In this document: positions 18,058 through 26,175 of the stretch, piece by piece
Layout: each line of letters opens with the position of its first letter
Numbering within the stretch: the first letter of the stretch is position 1
DNA from: a virus
Virus record (IMG/VR): IMGVR_UViG_3300017971_000020
Length of the DNA: 64,000 bases
Direction: 5' to 3' (one strand)
Program-made: the position numbers and the translations under genes
The notes under the pieces: model-generated
Database searches by the model: none
Told to the model about the DNA's origin: nothing
Seen by the model: only the letters and a program-made list of their open reading frames with translations

Positions 18058-18504
18058 ATGAAGAGAATTAAGAAACACTGGGAGAGGGCCATTTTGGTAT
18101 TAATGGCTATTTGTATTGCACTGCTAATCTTCGGTGCAGGGGAACCCCAAGGCAATGGTACTGAAGAATCTCCATTCTACGCACCGTCACGACAAGAACT
18201 TACCCTTGAATGGAACAACAACAACATCGGAAACCTCACCTATGGAATCCACGCCGAGATCTATAATGCCGATAACGCTTTGGTCCACAGCTTCTCAGTC
18301 ACCGGTGATGGCATATTTAACCCAGCGCTGGAACAACACCGAATCATTCTGTACGAACATATCAGGGATCTGCCCAATGGAGTTTATTGGCTACAAATCC
18401 GCGTCGAAGACCCACAAGGCAATCTCAGCGATTGGAGCGATCGCTGCTGGTTCGAAAAAATGTTCGCAACTGTAAACCGACCCACAGGATGTAAAATATT
18501 TTAG
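18058..18504 (+). CDS. signal-anchored or secreted hypothetical protein
   Basis: N-terminal 'AILVLMAICIALLIFGAG' followed by a beta-rich body. No lysozyme or amidase motif seen. Confidence 0.55.
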   Translation: MKRIKKHWERAILVLMAICIALLIFGAGEPQGNGTEESPFYAPSRQELTLEWNNNNIGNLTYGIHAEIYNADNALVHSFSVTGDGIFNPALEQHRIILYEHIRDLPNGVYWLQIRVEDPQGNLSDWSDRCWFEKMFATVNRPTGCKIF

Positions 18505-18621
18505 CATTTTAGTTGGATCCGTCTAAACGACGAAAAAATTTCCCATTTTAGATAGGCCCAACTAAACGGTGAAAATTTTTCTGGTTTTAGTCAGGCCAAA
18601 CTAAACGGTGATTTTTTATAG
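18505..18621. repeat. three tandem 39-bp direct repeats, each with a TTTAG-N10-CTAAA inverted repeat
   Basis: Units 18505-18543, 18544-18582 and 18583-18621. TTTTAG occurs at 18507, 18546 and 18585, and CTAAACG at 18523, 18562 and 18601, giving an exact 39-bp period. The array ends at the GGAGG RBS of the gene starting at 18631. Confidence 0.8.
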
Positions 18622-18630
18622 GAGGTAACA

Positions 18631-18909
18631 ATGGATCGTTTAACTTTAGGGGCCATGGAGGAACTAACCTGCCCATTTTGTGCTAACTCCCCAAAACATG
18701 GTGGACAAAAAAACATTGTAGGAATAGGGCCGTTTCGTGGGCTGGGAGAAAAAGAAGAGGACCCTGTATTGACCTTCATGCCAAGTGTAAGCTGTCAGAG
18801 ATGTTCGCATTACTGGAATTATGAAGAGGACCAGGTCGAAAAAGCTTTATATCATCAGTGGCGAAAAGAGCAAAACGAAATAAATAAACGAAAGGCTGAT
18901 TGTGATTAA
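18631..18909 (+). CDS. zinc-ribbon protein
   Basis: 'CPFCANSPKHGG ... CQRCSHYW' (CxxC...CxxC). GGAGG RBS. Confidence 0.55.
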   Translation: MDRLTLGAMEELTCPFCANSPKHGGQKNIVGIGPFRGLGEKEEDPVLTFMPSVSCQRCSHYWNYEEDQVEKALYHQWRKEQNEINKRKADCD

Positions 18910-19264
18910 GCAAAACATGGAGGTCTGGGTCACCGAAGACGGAAAAGTCTTTCCCATAGATGAAGAATCTAAAGCACACAGCCATGAAGTTGAATGCATT
19001 ATGGGCTCCAAACTTCAAGGATACCTGGCAGGCAAAGTCCAGTCTGGAGACTTGCCGCAAATAGTCTACGCCCTCACTACATACCACGAAGAAATCGGAA
19101 AAATCCTACATGAGTACAAGGTGCAGGCAGCTTCCCCAAACTTCGACTCCGGCATACGGCAACTGGTCACCCGTACTTTTGAAGACCCCGCTGTCAGGGT
19201 CCTCGTCGTAGACTTCATTCTCACGAAAATCGAAGACATCGTCGCAGAATGGAATCGACGATAA
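18902..19264 (+). CDS. hypothetical protein
   Basis: 120-aa ORF starting at GTG 18902 or ATG 18917. Confidence 0.55.
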   Translation: MIKQNMEVWVTEDGKVFPIDEESKAHSHEVECIMGSKLQGYLAGKVQSGDLPQIVYALTTYHEEIGKILHEYKVQAASPNFDSGIRQLVTRTFEDPAVRVLVVDFILTKIEDIVAEWNRR

Positions 19265-19461
19265 AATAGTAGACAATTCACCGACCGACTGGTAAGCTCC
19301 ACGCTATCAGCCGGTTAGAACACACACATACAGTTTGACAGGCCGGGGGGTCTCCTCCAATGCCCCCCGGTCACCCTCCCTCCTTCTTTTTTCTGGCCTA
19401 TATCCAGCTTCCGTGTTATTCTAAATTCAGAAAAGAAGTCCCTTTGCTGGAGAGAAATGCC

Positions 19462-19854
19462 ATGAAAAGACTGTTCCTATCCATCTGTATGGTGGCTGTT
19501 CTCGTTAGCTGCCGCCTTACAAAACCCACCTATTTAGACGTTCATCCCGAAACTTTGGACAAAATCGCCGCCATTCTGGGCAAAGACACAGAAGCGGCAC
19601 TCGCCGAAGACCGTGACAAACTACGCGCCGAATTGTCCAAAGAATTAGGTATGAAGGTTGAGAAAATATGGAACGAAAACAACAAAGTCACCGCGGAAAT
19701 CGAACCAGCCACCGACGCTGCCTTAGATACAACCTTCGAAACCGGTATGAAAGACCCAGGTCAACCAAAGGCCTGGCTGACCGGGTTGCTGGCTGGCTGC
19801 GCCGTTCTTTTCGGTGGGCTTATCGGTAAGCGTGGGAAAAAAGAAAGGAAGTAG
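19462..19854 (+). CDS. candidate unimolecular spanin (N-terminal lipoprotein signal plus C-terminal TM anchor)
   Basis: 'MKRLFLSICMVAVLVSC' has an L-V-S-C lipobox. The C-terminus 'AWLTGLLAGCAVLFGGLIGKRGKKERK' is a TM helix followed by a basic tail. At 130 aa, this is the architecture known for phage T1 gp11-type u-spanins. Confidence 0.5.
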   Translation: MKRLFLSICMVAVLVSCRLTKPTYLDVHPETLDKIAAILGKDTEAALAEDRDKLRAELSKELGMKVEKIWNENNKVTAEIEPATDAALDTTFETGMKDPGQPKAWLTGLLAGCAVLFGGLIGKRGKKERK

Positions 19855-19857
19855 CAA

Positions 19858-20088
19858 ATGTCAACAACCACCAAAAAAGATACCAATGACGCCAAAGGAC
19901 TCCTACAGTCAAAGACCGTATGGGGGGTCATCCTTATGGTATTCGCATTTTTCGCACCAAAGCTCGGGCTTGACCTAAACGCCGAAACACAGTCTGTGAT
20001 CTCCGATCAACTCGTTACAATCGTCGGAGCGGTCCTTGCCATCATTGGCCGTGTCAATGCGTCAAAGGACGTTAACGGCGTAATTTGA
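19858..20088 (+). CDS. holin-like small membrane protein with 2 TM helices
   Basis: 76 aa with a polar N-terminus, then 'VWGVILMVFAFFAPKLGL' and 'LVTIVGAVLAIIGRV'. It lies next to the spanin candidate. Confidence 0.45.
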   Translation: MSTTTKKDTNDAKGLLQSKTVWGVILMVFAFFAPKLGLDLNAETQSVISDQLVTIVGAVLAIIGRVNASKDVNGVI

Positions 20089-20096
20089 GGCACACC

Positions 20097-20576
20097 ATGC
20101 GCGTAAAAGGCAAGTTCACCGAACAAGAAACCGACGAATTCATCCGGATGGCCGTTACCCTTCTGGGCAGCAAAATGTACACCACAAGCGAAGCTGCCGA
20201 CATTCTGCAAATCGAGTTCGGCGGGAGCCGCAGAAACACAATGTTGCTCATTGATCGCGCGCGTAAAAAAGTACGGGAAGAATTGGACGTAGAAATCGAA
20301 GATCAACGATCAGCGTTGATCAAGTTCTACAAAGATCTAATCCGTAGTGATACCGTGTCCACAAGGGAGCGCATTCGTGCAGCTGAGGCTCTAACCAAAC
20401 TCATGGCTATAAGCAAGCCTCCTGTCGTCGCAGAAGAAGCCAAGCCGCAGCATATTGAATTAATCCTCCCCGATTGGCGATCGGCATTGAAAGATGCCAG
20501 AGACAAGGGCCTGCTTAAGAGTGCCGGAGGCAATGGGAAAAAGCCACCGGGTGACAACGGAAACGGATCGCGATAG
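20097..20576 (+). CDS. putative terminase small subunit
   Basis: HTH-like N-terminus ('MYTTSEAADILQIEFGGSRRNTMLLIDRARKK') and a helical middle region, located upstream of TerL. Called from position and architecture only. Confidence 0.45.
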   Translation: MRVKGKFTEQETDEFIRMAVTLLGSKMYTTSEAADILQIEFGGSRRNTMLLIDRARKKVREELDVEIEDQRSALIKFYKDLIRSDTVSTRERIRAAEALTKLMAISKPPVVAEEAKPQHIELILPDWRSALKDARDKGLLKSAGGNGKKPPGDNGNGSR

Positions 20577-20579
20577 CCC

Positions 20580-21467
20580 ATGGCCGTGAATGATCATCGT
20601 GTGTTTGTCGTGGTTTCTCGTATGGGCTACCACAACAGCTGGGCAGGTCAGGTCGGAAGAGCCATTCGTCAGTGTTTCGAGACATTCGGCTTTCCGGCCT
20701 GGCTTGTCTGTACCAACTCCCTCCCCAAAACCGCCGAAAATGATTTATTAGTCTATCTGGTTAACAAACTTCCACCCTCCCACGTTGGCACTCCCGGTCA
20801 CAAGGTCTACTGGAACTTTCACCCATGTGTCCCTGAAAGGGCGCACGGCTATTCCGGTTACTACCACAAGCACTGGGTAGAGACCGAAAAAAGCCTCCGT
20901 AGGGGGCACTTTTGCGCTGTGTTGGAATACGACAAGGTACAGTACCAATTCATGGAAAGGGCTAAATGGCCCGTATGGCACTGCCCTGTCGGATATCACA
21001 AAAGCTTCGAAGTGGCGCCGAGTGAACCCCTTCCCCGTGGAATCTACTTCCTGGGGAATCTGAGCACAAAGCGCAGGCACTGGATTGATATAGTAGGGGC
21101 GAAGACCGTCAACTACACAACTACCCCATGGGTCCAGAACCGGCTGCTATGCACGCCAGGAGTGCACATAAATGTAAAACTAAGGACCATGGGCTGTTTC
21201 CTTGGGCTACGGGTGATAATGCTTCTGGCGTCGAATGCGCGGTGTATCGTTACCGAGAATTCGGGCTGGTCACCATTAAAACGTGGGAAGCATTGCTTCG
21301 AAGCGACCAAGCCGGAGAAAATGAAAAGGATCTGCGCCGATCTAATGAGGCATCCGGAGGAATGCGAGAAGATTGGTAGACAAGGTTACGAATTCGTAAA
21401 AACACACCTACGGCTTGAGGCGTCACTGGTACCCGTCATCCGTGAAGTTTTAGGTGTCACACTGTAA
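20580..21467 (+). CDS. CgeB-like/GT-B C-terminal-domain glycosyltransferase
   Basis: The C-terminal 'CIVTENSGWSPLKRGKHCFEATKPEKMKRICADLMRHPEECEKIGRQGYEFVKTHL' follows the Glyco_trans_1_2/GT4 C-terminal pattern. Confidence 0.5.
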   Translation: MAVNDHRVFVVVSRMGYHNSWAGQVGRAIRQCFETFGFPAWLVCTNSLPKTAENDLLVYLVNKLPPSHVGTPGHKVYWNFHPCVPERAHGYSGYYHKHWVETEKSLRRGHFCAVLEYDKVQYQFMERAKWPVWHCPVGYHKSFEVAPSEPLPRGIYFLGNLSTKRRHWIDIVGAKTVNYTTTPWVQNRLLCTPGVHINVKLRTMGCFLGLRVIMLLASNARCIVTENSGWSPLKRGKHCFEATKPEKMKRICADLMRHPEECEKIGRQGYEFVKTHLRLEASLVPVIREVLGVTL

Positions 21468-21644
21468 TCAGTATTACAACCGCTTAATGGCCATTTGTCG
21501 TTTAATTAGAAAAGAACTACAAAAATGTGTACAAATCATTTCGTCGTATTCATTTACGAGTAGTCATGCTACAGATAGTCGGAATCCTGAGTTTGTTTCA
21601 GAAAAAAAACATGTAGAAACTCCTATATATAAAGGGACAAAAGT

Positions 21645-22178
21645 ATGCGACCAGGTTTGACTGAATACTGCCCCGGGATGTGGGACTTGGTACGAAAGAC
21701 GGTGGGAATCCCCAAAGTTGCGGTTGAATTGGGGACCCGTTATGGCGACTGGGCACATGGGCTACTAACCCATGTCGGCGCCGAACAGCTGTTTTGTATC
21801 GATCCATGGCGCAATGCCAGGGGGCGGTTTGTGTGTGCCGATGTATGGTTGGCGAATTTGGAGAAGTGGGCCTTTAAGAACGTTTTCCCATTGCGGGGCA
21901 GAAGCGTCGAGTGGGGAATAATGCTACGTCACTTAAAGGTTGATTTACTGTATGTCGACGGGGACCACCATCACAAGGCGGCGCTGGCAGACCTGGAGAC
22001 CTGGTGGCCCATGGTACGGTCGGGGGGCCTCATAATGTGCCATGACTACAATGAACGTGAAGTAAATGGCGCTGTCAAAGAGTTTGAGCAGAAGATTGGC
22101 GTCGAGTTCGGTGTGGGTGGCTGGGGGCCATTGATAAGCCGGCGGGGCCTCCTGACAGCCTGGCTGATAAAGCCATAA
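21645..22178 (+). CDS. class I SAM-dependent methyltransferase (Methyltransf_24 / CmcI-TylF-like)
   Basis: 'VELGTRYGDWA' (SAM motif I) and 'YVDGDHHHKAALADLETWWPMVRSGGLIMCHDY'. Paralogous to six genes in the 29-36 kb block. Confidence 0.7.
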   Translation: MRPGLTEYCPGMWDLVRKTVGIPKVAVELGTRYGDWAHGLLTHVGAEQLFCIDPWRNARGRFVCADVWLANLEKWAFKNVFPLRGRSVEWGIMLRHLKVDLLYVDGDHHHKAALADLETWWPMVRSGGLIMCHDYNEREVNGAVKEFEQKIGVEFGVGGWGPLISRRGLLTAWLIKP

Positions 22179-22183
22179 GGAAG

Positions 22184-23512
22184 ATGTTGATTAAATTCCC
22201 AATTGATCCATTTGACCGTCAAGTGACGGCGCTATTGTCCGAAACCGAGGTAACGGCGTTAGTCTCCGGGGCCCGTGGCGGAAAGACGCAAACCGGCGCT
22301 TGTGCGGCGACGATATGGGCATTGGAGCAACCGGGCTATTTAATAAAAGATATCTATGCCGATGAGCCATATGTGATAATGATCGGCGCCCCCACATTCC
22401 CCCTCCTCTATACCGTAATAGTGCCGACAATGCTGCGTATGTTGCCCGAGGAATTGGTGGTTGGGAGGTATAACGAGACGAAGAAACGGATTATCGTTCA
22501 GGGGCAATATGGGCTGTCCTATATCTATTTCCGGTCTGGGACAAAGGTATCGTCATGGTACGGCATGAAGCCATATAGGGTATGGCTTGACGAATTCCCT
22601 GTTGTGAAAGAGGAGCTATATGACGAAATCCAGACCCGGCTAAGTGACACCAAAGGACGAATGCTTTTGACGGGGACGCCACAGGGGCCCAATTGGGCGT
22701 ATCACCGGATATACGTTCCGTGGCTAAATGGCGATGAACGAATCAATTTCTACACATGGCGTACTGTCGACAATCCTTATATAGACCCCGAGTTCATTGA
22801 AAGTAAGCGAAAATCCATGCCGTCACGGTACTTCAAGCGAACGTTTGAAGCGACGTGGGACACGTTCGAGGGGCAGATTTATGAGGAGTATTTGCCGGAT
22901 GTCCACCTTCAACCTCGTAAGAATTTCAGTTTCTTCTTGCCTAAAACAGGGCAGCGTATGGGGAAGGGGGAGCAACACGTTCGGCTTCGGAGGGTTGTGG
23001 CTGGTGTGGATTGGGGCTATGGCCCCGGGCATGCTGGTGTAATCCTGGTTTTGGGCTTAGATACGACCGGTCGGTGGTTTGTTCTCGAGGAATCAGTATC
23101 TGAGCACTTATTGAAAACCGCCGAGCCCCTTGTCGATTCATGGACAAGCCGAGCGCGGGCTTTGGCGATTAAATGGGAAATAGAACGTTTTTATTGTGAT
23201 ACGGAAGATCCCGAAGCAATAGCACAATTCAGGCGGTCGGGTATCAAAGCGCAGGGGGCCGTGAAGGATGTATTAGCGGGAATACAAGCTGTTGCCCGCT
23301 ACCTTCACATTGACGAAGACACGCTCGAACCACGGTTAATTGTCTTGTCAGATTGCCGGGCGACGAGTGAGGAATTTACCTATTATCATTGGCAAGAGGG
23401 CAAAGAGAAGCCTGTGAAAATCAATGATAATTGTATGGACGCATTGCGTTACGGAATTTACACTGATGGCCTGAGAGGCAAGTTCAAGCATGAACCCGCC
23501 TATTCAGCATAG
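22184..23512 (+). CDS. terL: terminase large subunit
   Basis: 'VSGARGGKTQTGA' (Walker A-like), 'VWLDEF' (Walker B), and nuclease-domain acidic motifs 'VAGVDWGYG', 'FYCDTEDPEA', 'NDNCMDALRYGIY'. Confidence 0.9.
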   Translation: MLIKFPIDPFDRQVTALLSETEVTALVSGARGGKTQTGACAATIWALEQPGYLIKDIYADEPYVIMIGAPTFPLLYTVIVPTMLRMLPEELVVGRYNETKKRIIVQGQYGLSYIYFRSGTKVSSWYGMKPYRVWLDEFPVVKEELYDEIQTRLSDTKGRMLLTGTPQGPNWAYHRIYVPWLNGDERINFYTWRTVDNPYIDPEFIESKRKSMPSRYFKRTFEATWDTFEGQIYEEYLPDVHLQPRKNFSFFLPKTGQRMGKGEQHVRLRRVVAGVDWGYGPGHAGVILVLGLDTTGRWFVLEESVSEHLLKTAEPLVDSWTSRARALAIKWEIERFYCDTEDPEAIAQFRRSGIKAQGAVKDVLAGIQAVARYLHIDEDTLEPRLIVLSDCRATSEEFTYYHWQEGKEKPVKINDNCMDALRYGIYTDGLRGKFKHEPAYSA

Positions 23513-23523
23513 GGAGAAGAGAC

Positions 23524-25125
23524 ATGCCGGATCGAGATAAGAAACTACTGGAGCAGCTAAATGCGAAGCATCCAGATTATGTGGCGTGGGTAGAAGAATG
23601 GGAGCGTTACCGAGATGTGCTTGGGGACGAGCTTGTCGACAAGCAGAAATATCTGGCCAAGAACGTATTTGAGGCAGATAGTCAATATTCCTTCCGTTGT
23701 GAGCTTTCTGAGTTTATCCCCGAATCAGGGCGGGCGATTGAGAAGATAATAGGCGCCCTATATAAGGAAAAGCCGAAACGTGAATGGACGGGATCTGAAT
23801 CTTTAATTAAAGAATTTCAGGATAACGCCGATCGGCGTATGAATTCATGGAATGCCGTTTCGGAGGAAATAGCCTGGAATCTGTTGGGGTATGGCACAAC
23901 ACGAACGCTTGTGAATGTGCCGGCGGTGCAGTTGCCGGAATTGCCGGGGACGGGATTTGTGCCAGATACACTGACGCGGGCTGAGGAGAAAAGCCTGAAG
24001 ATTCGCCCCTATGTGATTAATTACACACCTTTGTCGGTGATCGACTGGAATGTGTCCCCCGAGGGGGAATTGCTAATGGTGCGGATTAAGGAAGAGGGAC
24101 ATGCCCCGGCAAAGCCAGGGGAGCCCCACCGGAAGTCCGAGCGATTCATTCAGTACGATACGGAGAATGTGACCTGGTGGATTTTCGTCGAGGACGAAAA
24201 GAAGGGTGAAATGATCTTGTCCGAGGGCCCAATAATGCGAAACCACAATTTGGGCATGGTCCCCATGGTGTGTGATTCGCTGCGTGAAATTAAGCCTATG
24301 ATCGGGCATTCCTTCATTCGGTACGCTTCCCGGGCGGACATTCAGAAGTATCGATCTGAGTCGGATCAGGCTTACGACCTTTATATGCATGCCCATCCAC
24401 ATTTGGCGATATGGACCGAGGAAACGCTGAAAGACGTGGGGATAGGGTCGAATTCCTATTTAAAACTTAATCCCGGTTCTTCGGGCGCTTCCCGTGAAGA
24501 TGCCAAGTACCTGGAAGCCCCAGCCTCGTCATTTAGCGCCCTGAAAGAGGTTATCGAAAATAAGCTGAATCAGATATACCGCCAGGCGAATACCGACCCC
24601 ATGGGGGTACTCCAGGCGGGAACCTCGACATTTCAGGCTTCTGGCGTGGCGCGGTCTTGGTCCTTTGGAACGTCCGAGGCCCGTGTCTTGTCAAAGGTAG
24701 CCGACCGCATGACACAGATCGAAATGAAGACCATAGAGCTTGTCGTGCGGTATCAGACCCCCGGGGAATTGCCCCCACCGGAGGAGTTTGTATTTAAGGG
24801 TTCGGTGCAGTTTCCCGAGGAGTTTGATATGTCAGCCACACAAACCCTCCTTGACGAAACGGCGCAAATTGCTGGAATGATCAATTCCGAACGTTTGCTG
24901 CGAACGCTACACAAGAGAATCGCAAGCTCCAAGGTGGGTGACACGTCGGCGCAGGTTTTGAAGGAAATCCACGAGGAGATCGAAAACAACGATCTGATAG
25001 GTACACAAGTAGGAAAATCGTTAGATCCTTTTGAAATGCCATTATTCGGCCAGAATGAGTCGGAAGACAAGAAGGAAGAAGATGGCGACGAGGATGAAGA
25101 GGATCAAAAGAAGAAAGAAGATTAA
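23524..25125 (+). CDS. portal protein
   Basis: 533 aa, immediately after TerL, with an acidic C-terminal tail. The N-terminal region resembles DUF4055-type portals (from memory, not verified). Confidence 0.75.
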   Translation: MPDRDKKLLEQLNAKHPDYVAWVEEWERYRDVLGDELVDKQKYLAKNVFEADSQYSFRCELSEFIPESGRAIEKIIGALYKEKPKREWTGSESLIKEFQDNADRRMNSWNAVSEEIAWNLLGYGTTRTLVNVPAVQLPELPGTGFVPDTLTRAEEKSLKIRPYVINYTPLSVIDWNVSPEGELLMVRIKEEGHAPAKPGEPHRKSERFIQYDTENVTWWIFVEDEKKGEMILSEGPIMRNHNLGMVPMVCDSLREIKPMIGHSFIRYASRADIQKYRSESDQAYDLYMHAHPHLAIWTEETLKDVGIGSNSYLKLNPGSSGASREDAKYLEAPASSFSALKEVIENKLNQIYRQANTDPMGVLQAGTSTFQASGVARSWSFGTSEARVLSKVADRMTQIEMKTIELVVRYQTPGELPPPEEFVFKGSVQFPEEFDMSATQTLLDETAQIAGMINSERLLRTLHKRIASSKVGDTSAQVLKEIHEEIENNDLIGTQVGKSLDPFEMPLFGQNESEDKKEEDGDEDEEDQKKKED

Positions 25126-25209
25126 TACTTTACTAGGTGGCGGCTTCGCGATATATTAAGCGAAGACAGTTGCTTAAGATTTCTTAAGGTACTGTGATAG
25201 GAGAGATTA

Positions 25210-26133
25210 ATGTTTGTAGTTAACAAATTACTCCGTGACAAATTTGGTTCGTCGATGTGTTTTGCTGGCGAAGGTGATGGCGTTGGTGCCGGAACACCGG
25301 GTTCTTCAGTAGGGGCGCCGGCGGGTGGAACGGGGGCCCCCGGAGGGGGTGGGGGTGATGGTACTCCTCCAGTAGGTGATGGCGATAAAGGACAACCGGA
25401 CGACAAGGGGGGTGATGCTCCCGTGAAGTCAAAGGATCCTGATTTTGTCACACCTACGAGACTGACACAGGTTCTAGATGCACGTGGTCGGAAGGCCGAT
25501 GCGGCGTATAAGAAGCTTGAAGCACAAAATAACGAGCTTCGATCGTCTATGGCAAAGATGCAAGAAATGATTGCCAAGATAGGCGAAGGGTCACCCAAAC
25601 CCGACAAAAAGGGTGAAGATGGGAAAGACAAAGAAGACCCAGAAAAGGTGGAGCTACGCCGTGCTGTGGATGAGCTTAAGAGGAAGTTTGAGACTGCAGA
25701 ATCTCGCGCCGAGGAGCAGACCAAACTTCGACGAAATGAGACATTCAAGCGAAAGGTCATCGACGCGTTGGTTGAGGCTGGCTGCACCAAGCCTGAAGCA
25801 GCGTTCCGTGTGATACAACCAGATCTCAAATCAGACGAAGAGGTCACCCGTGTTTTCGCTACGGTGAAAAGTGATTATGGCGAGGAGGACTTGGACGTGA
25901 GCGACTATATTCGTCGTGTCGTGGCCGAGGATGAATTGCCGGAACTTTTCAAGGGCAAGATGCGAGCAGGGTCACCGGCGGGAGGTGATGCTGGTAGTGG
26001 TGGCGGAGCTTACGTCTTTACGAAAGAAGAGATCTTAGAACATCCCGAGCTTTATGCAAAAGACCCTGAGAAGGCCCGAGCGGCAATTGAACAGGGTAGG
26101 GTCAAAGGGGTAAAACCTCGCGGCCAGAATTAA
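25210..26133 (+). CDS. scaffolding protein
   Basis: Lies between the portal and coat genes. It has a Gly/Pro-rich N-terminus and a long charged coiled-coil region. Confidence 0.6.
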   Translation: MFVVNKLLRDKFGSSMCFAGEGDGVGAGTPGSSVGAPAGGTGAPGGGGGDGTPPVGDGDKGQPDDKGGDAPVKSKDPDFVTPTRLTQVLDARGRKADAAYKKLEAQNNELRSSMAKMQEMIAKIGEGSPKPDKKGEDGKDKEDPEKVELRRAVDELKRKFETAESRAEEQTKLRRNETFKRKVIDALVEAGCTKPEAAFRVIQPDLKSDEEVTRVFATVKSDYGEEDLDVSDYIRRVVAEDELPELFKGKMRAGSPAGGDAGSGGGAYVFTKEEILEHPELYAKDPEKARAAIEQGRVKGVKPRGQN

Positions 26134-26175
26134 ACCGACAATCGCAAATATTGAAGTGAAGAGAGATATTACGAA

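Noticed and set aside
18058-18504. Candidate endolysin, because it lies near the small membrane proteins.
   Set aside because: I could recognise no lysozyme, transglycosylase, amidase or peptidase catalytic motif. The sequence looks like a signal-anchored beta-sandwich protein.
19335-19370. TTGACA (19335-19340) as a promoter -35 element, and the CCGGGGGG/CCCCCCGG hairpin (19343-19370) as a terminator before the spanin-like gene.
   Set aside because: No acceptable -10 element lies at 16-18 nt. The hairpin is followed by a C/T-rich rather than a clean T tract, so neither call is well supported.
25122-25847. 241-aa minus-strand ORF antisense to the scaffolding gene. Similar long antisense ORFs occur at 11663-12190, 26362-26907, 33243-33959, 34761-35312 and 38390-38830.
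   Set aside because: Each lies entirely inside a + strand gene that has clear motifs or context. Their translations are low-complexity, Ser/Arg/Pro-rich and lack motifs. All recognisable genes in the window are on the + strand, so these are read as antisense artefacts.
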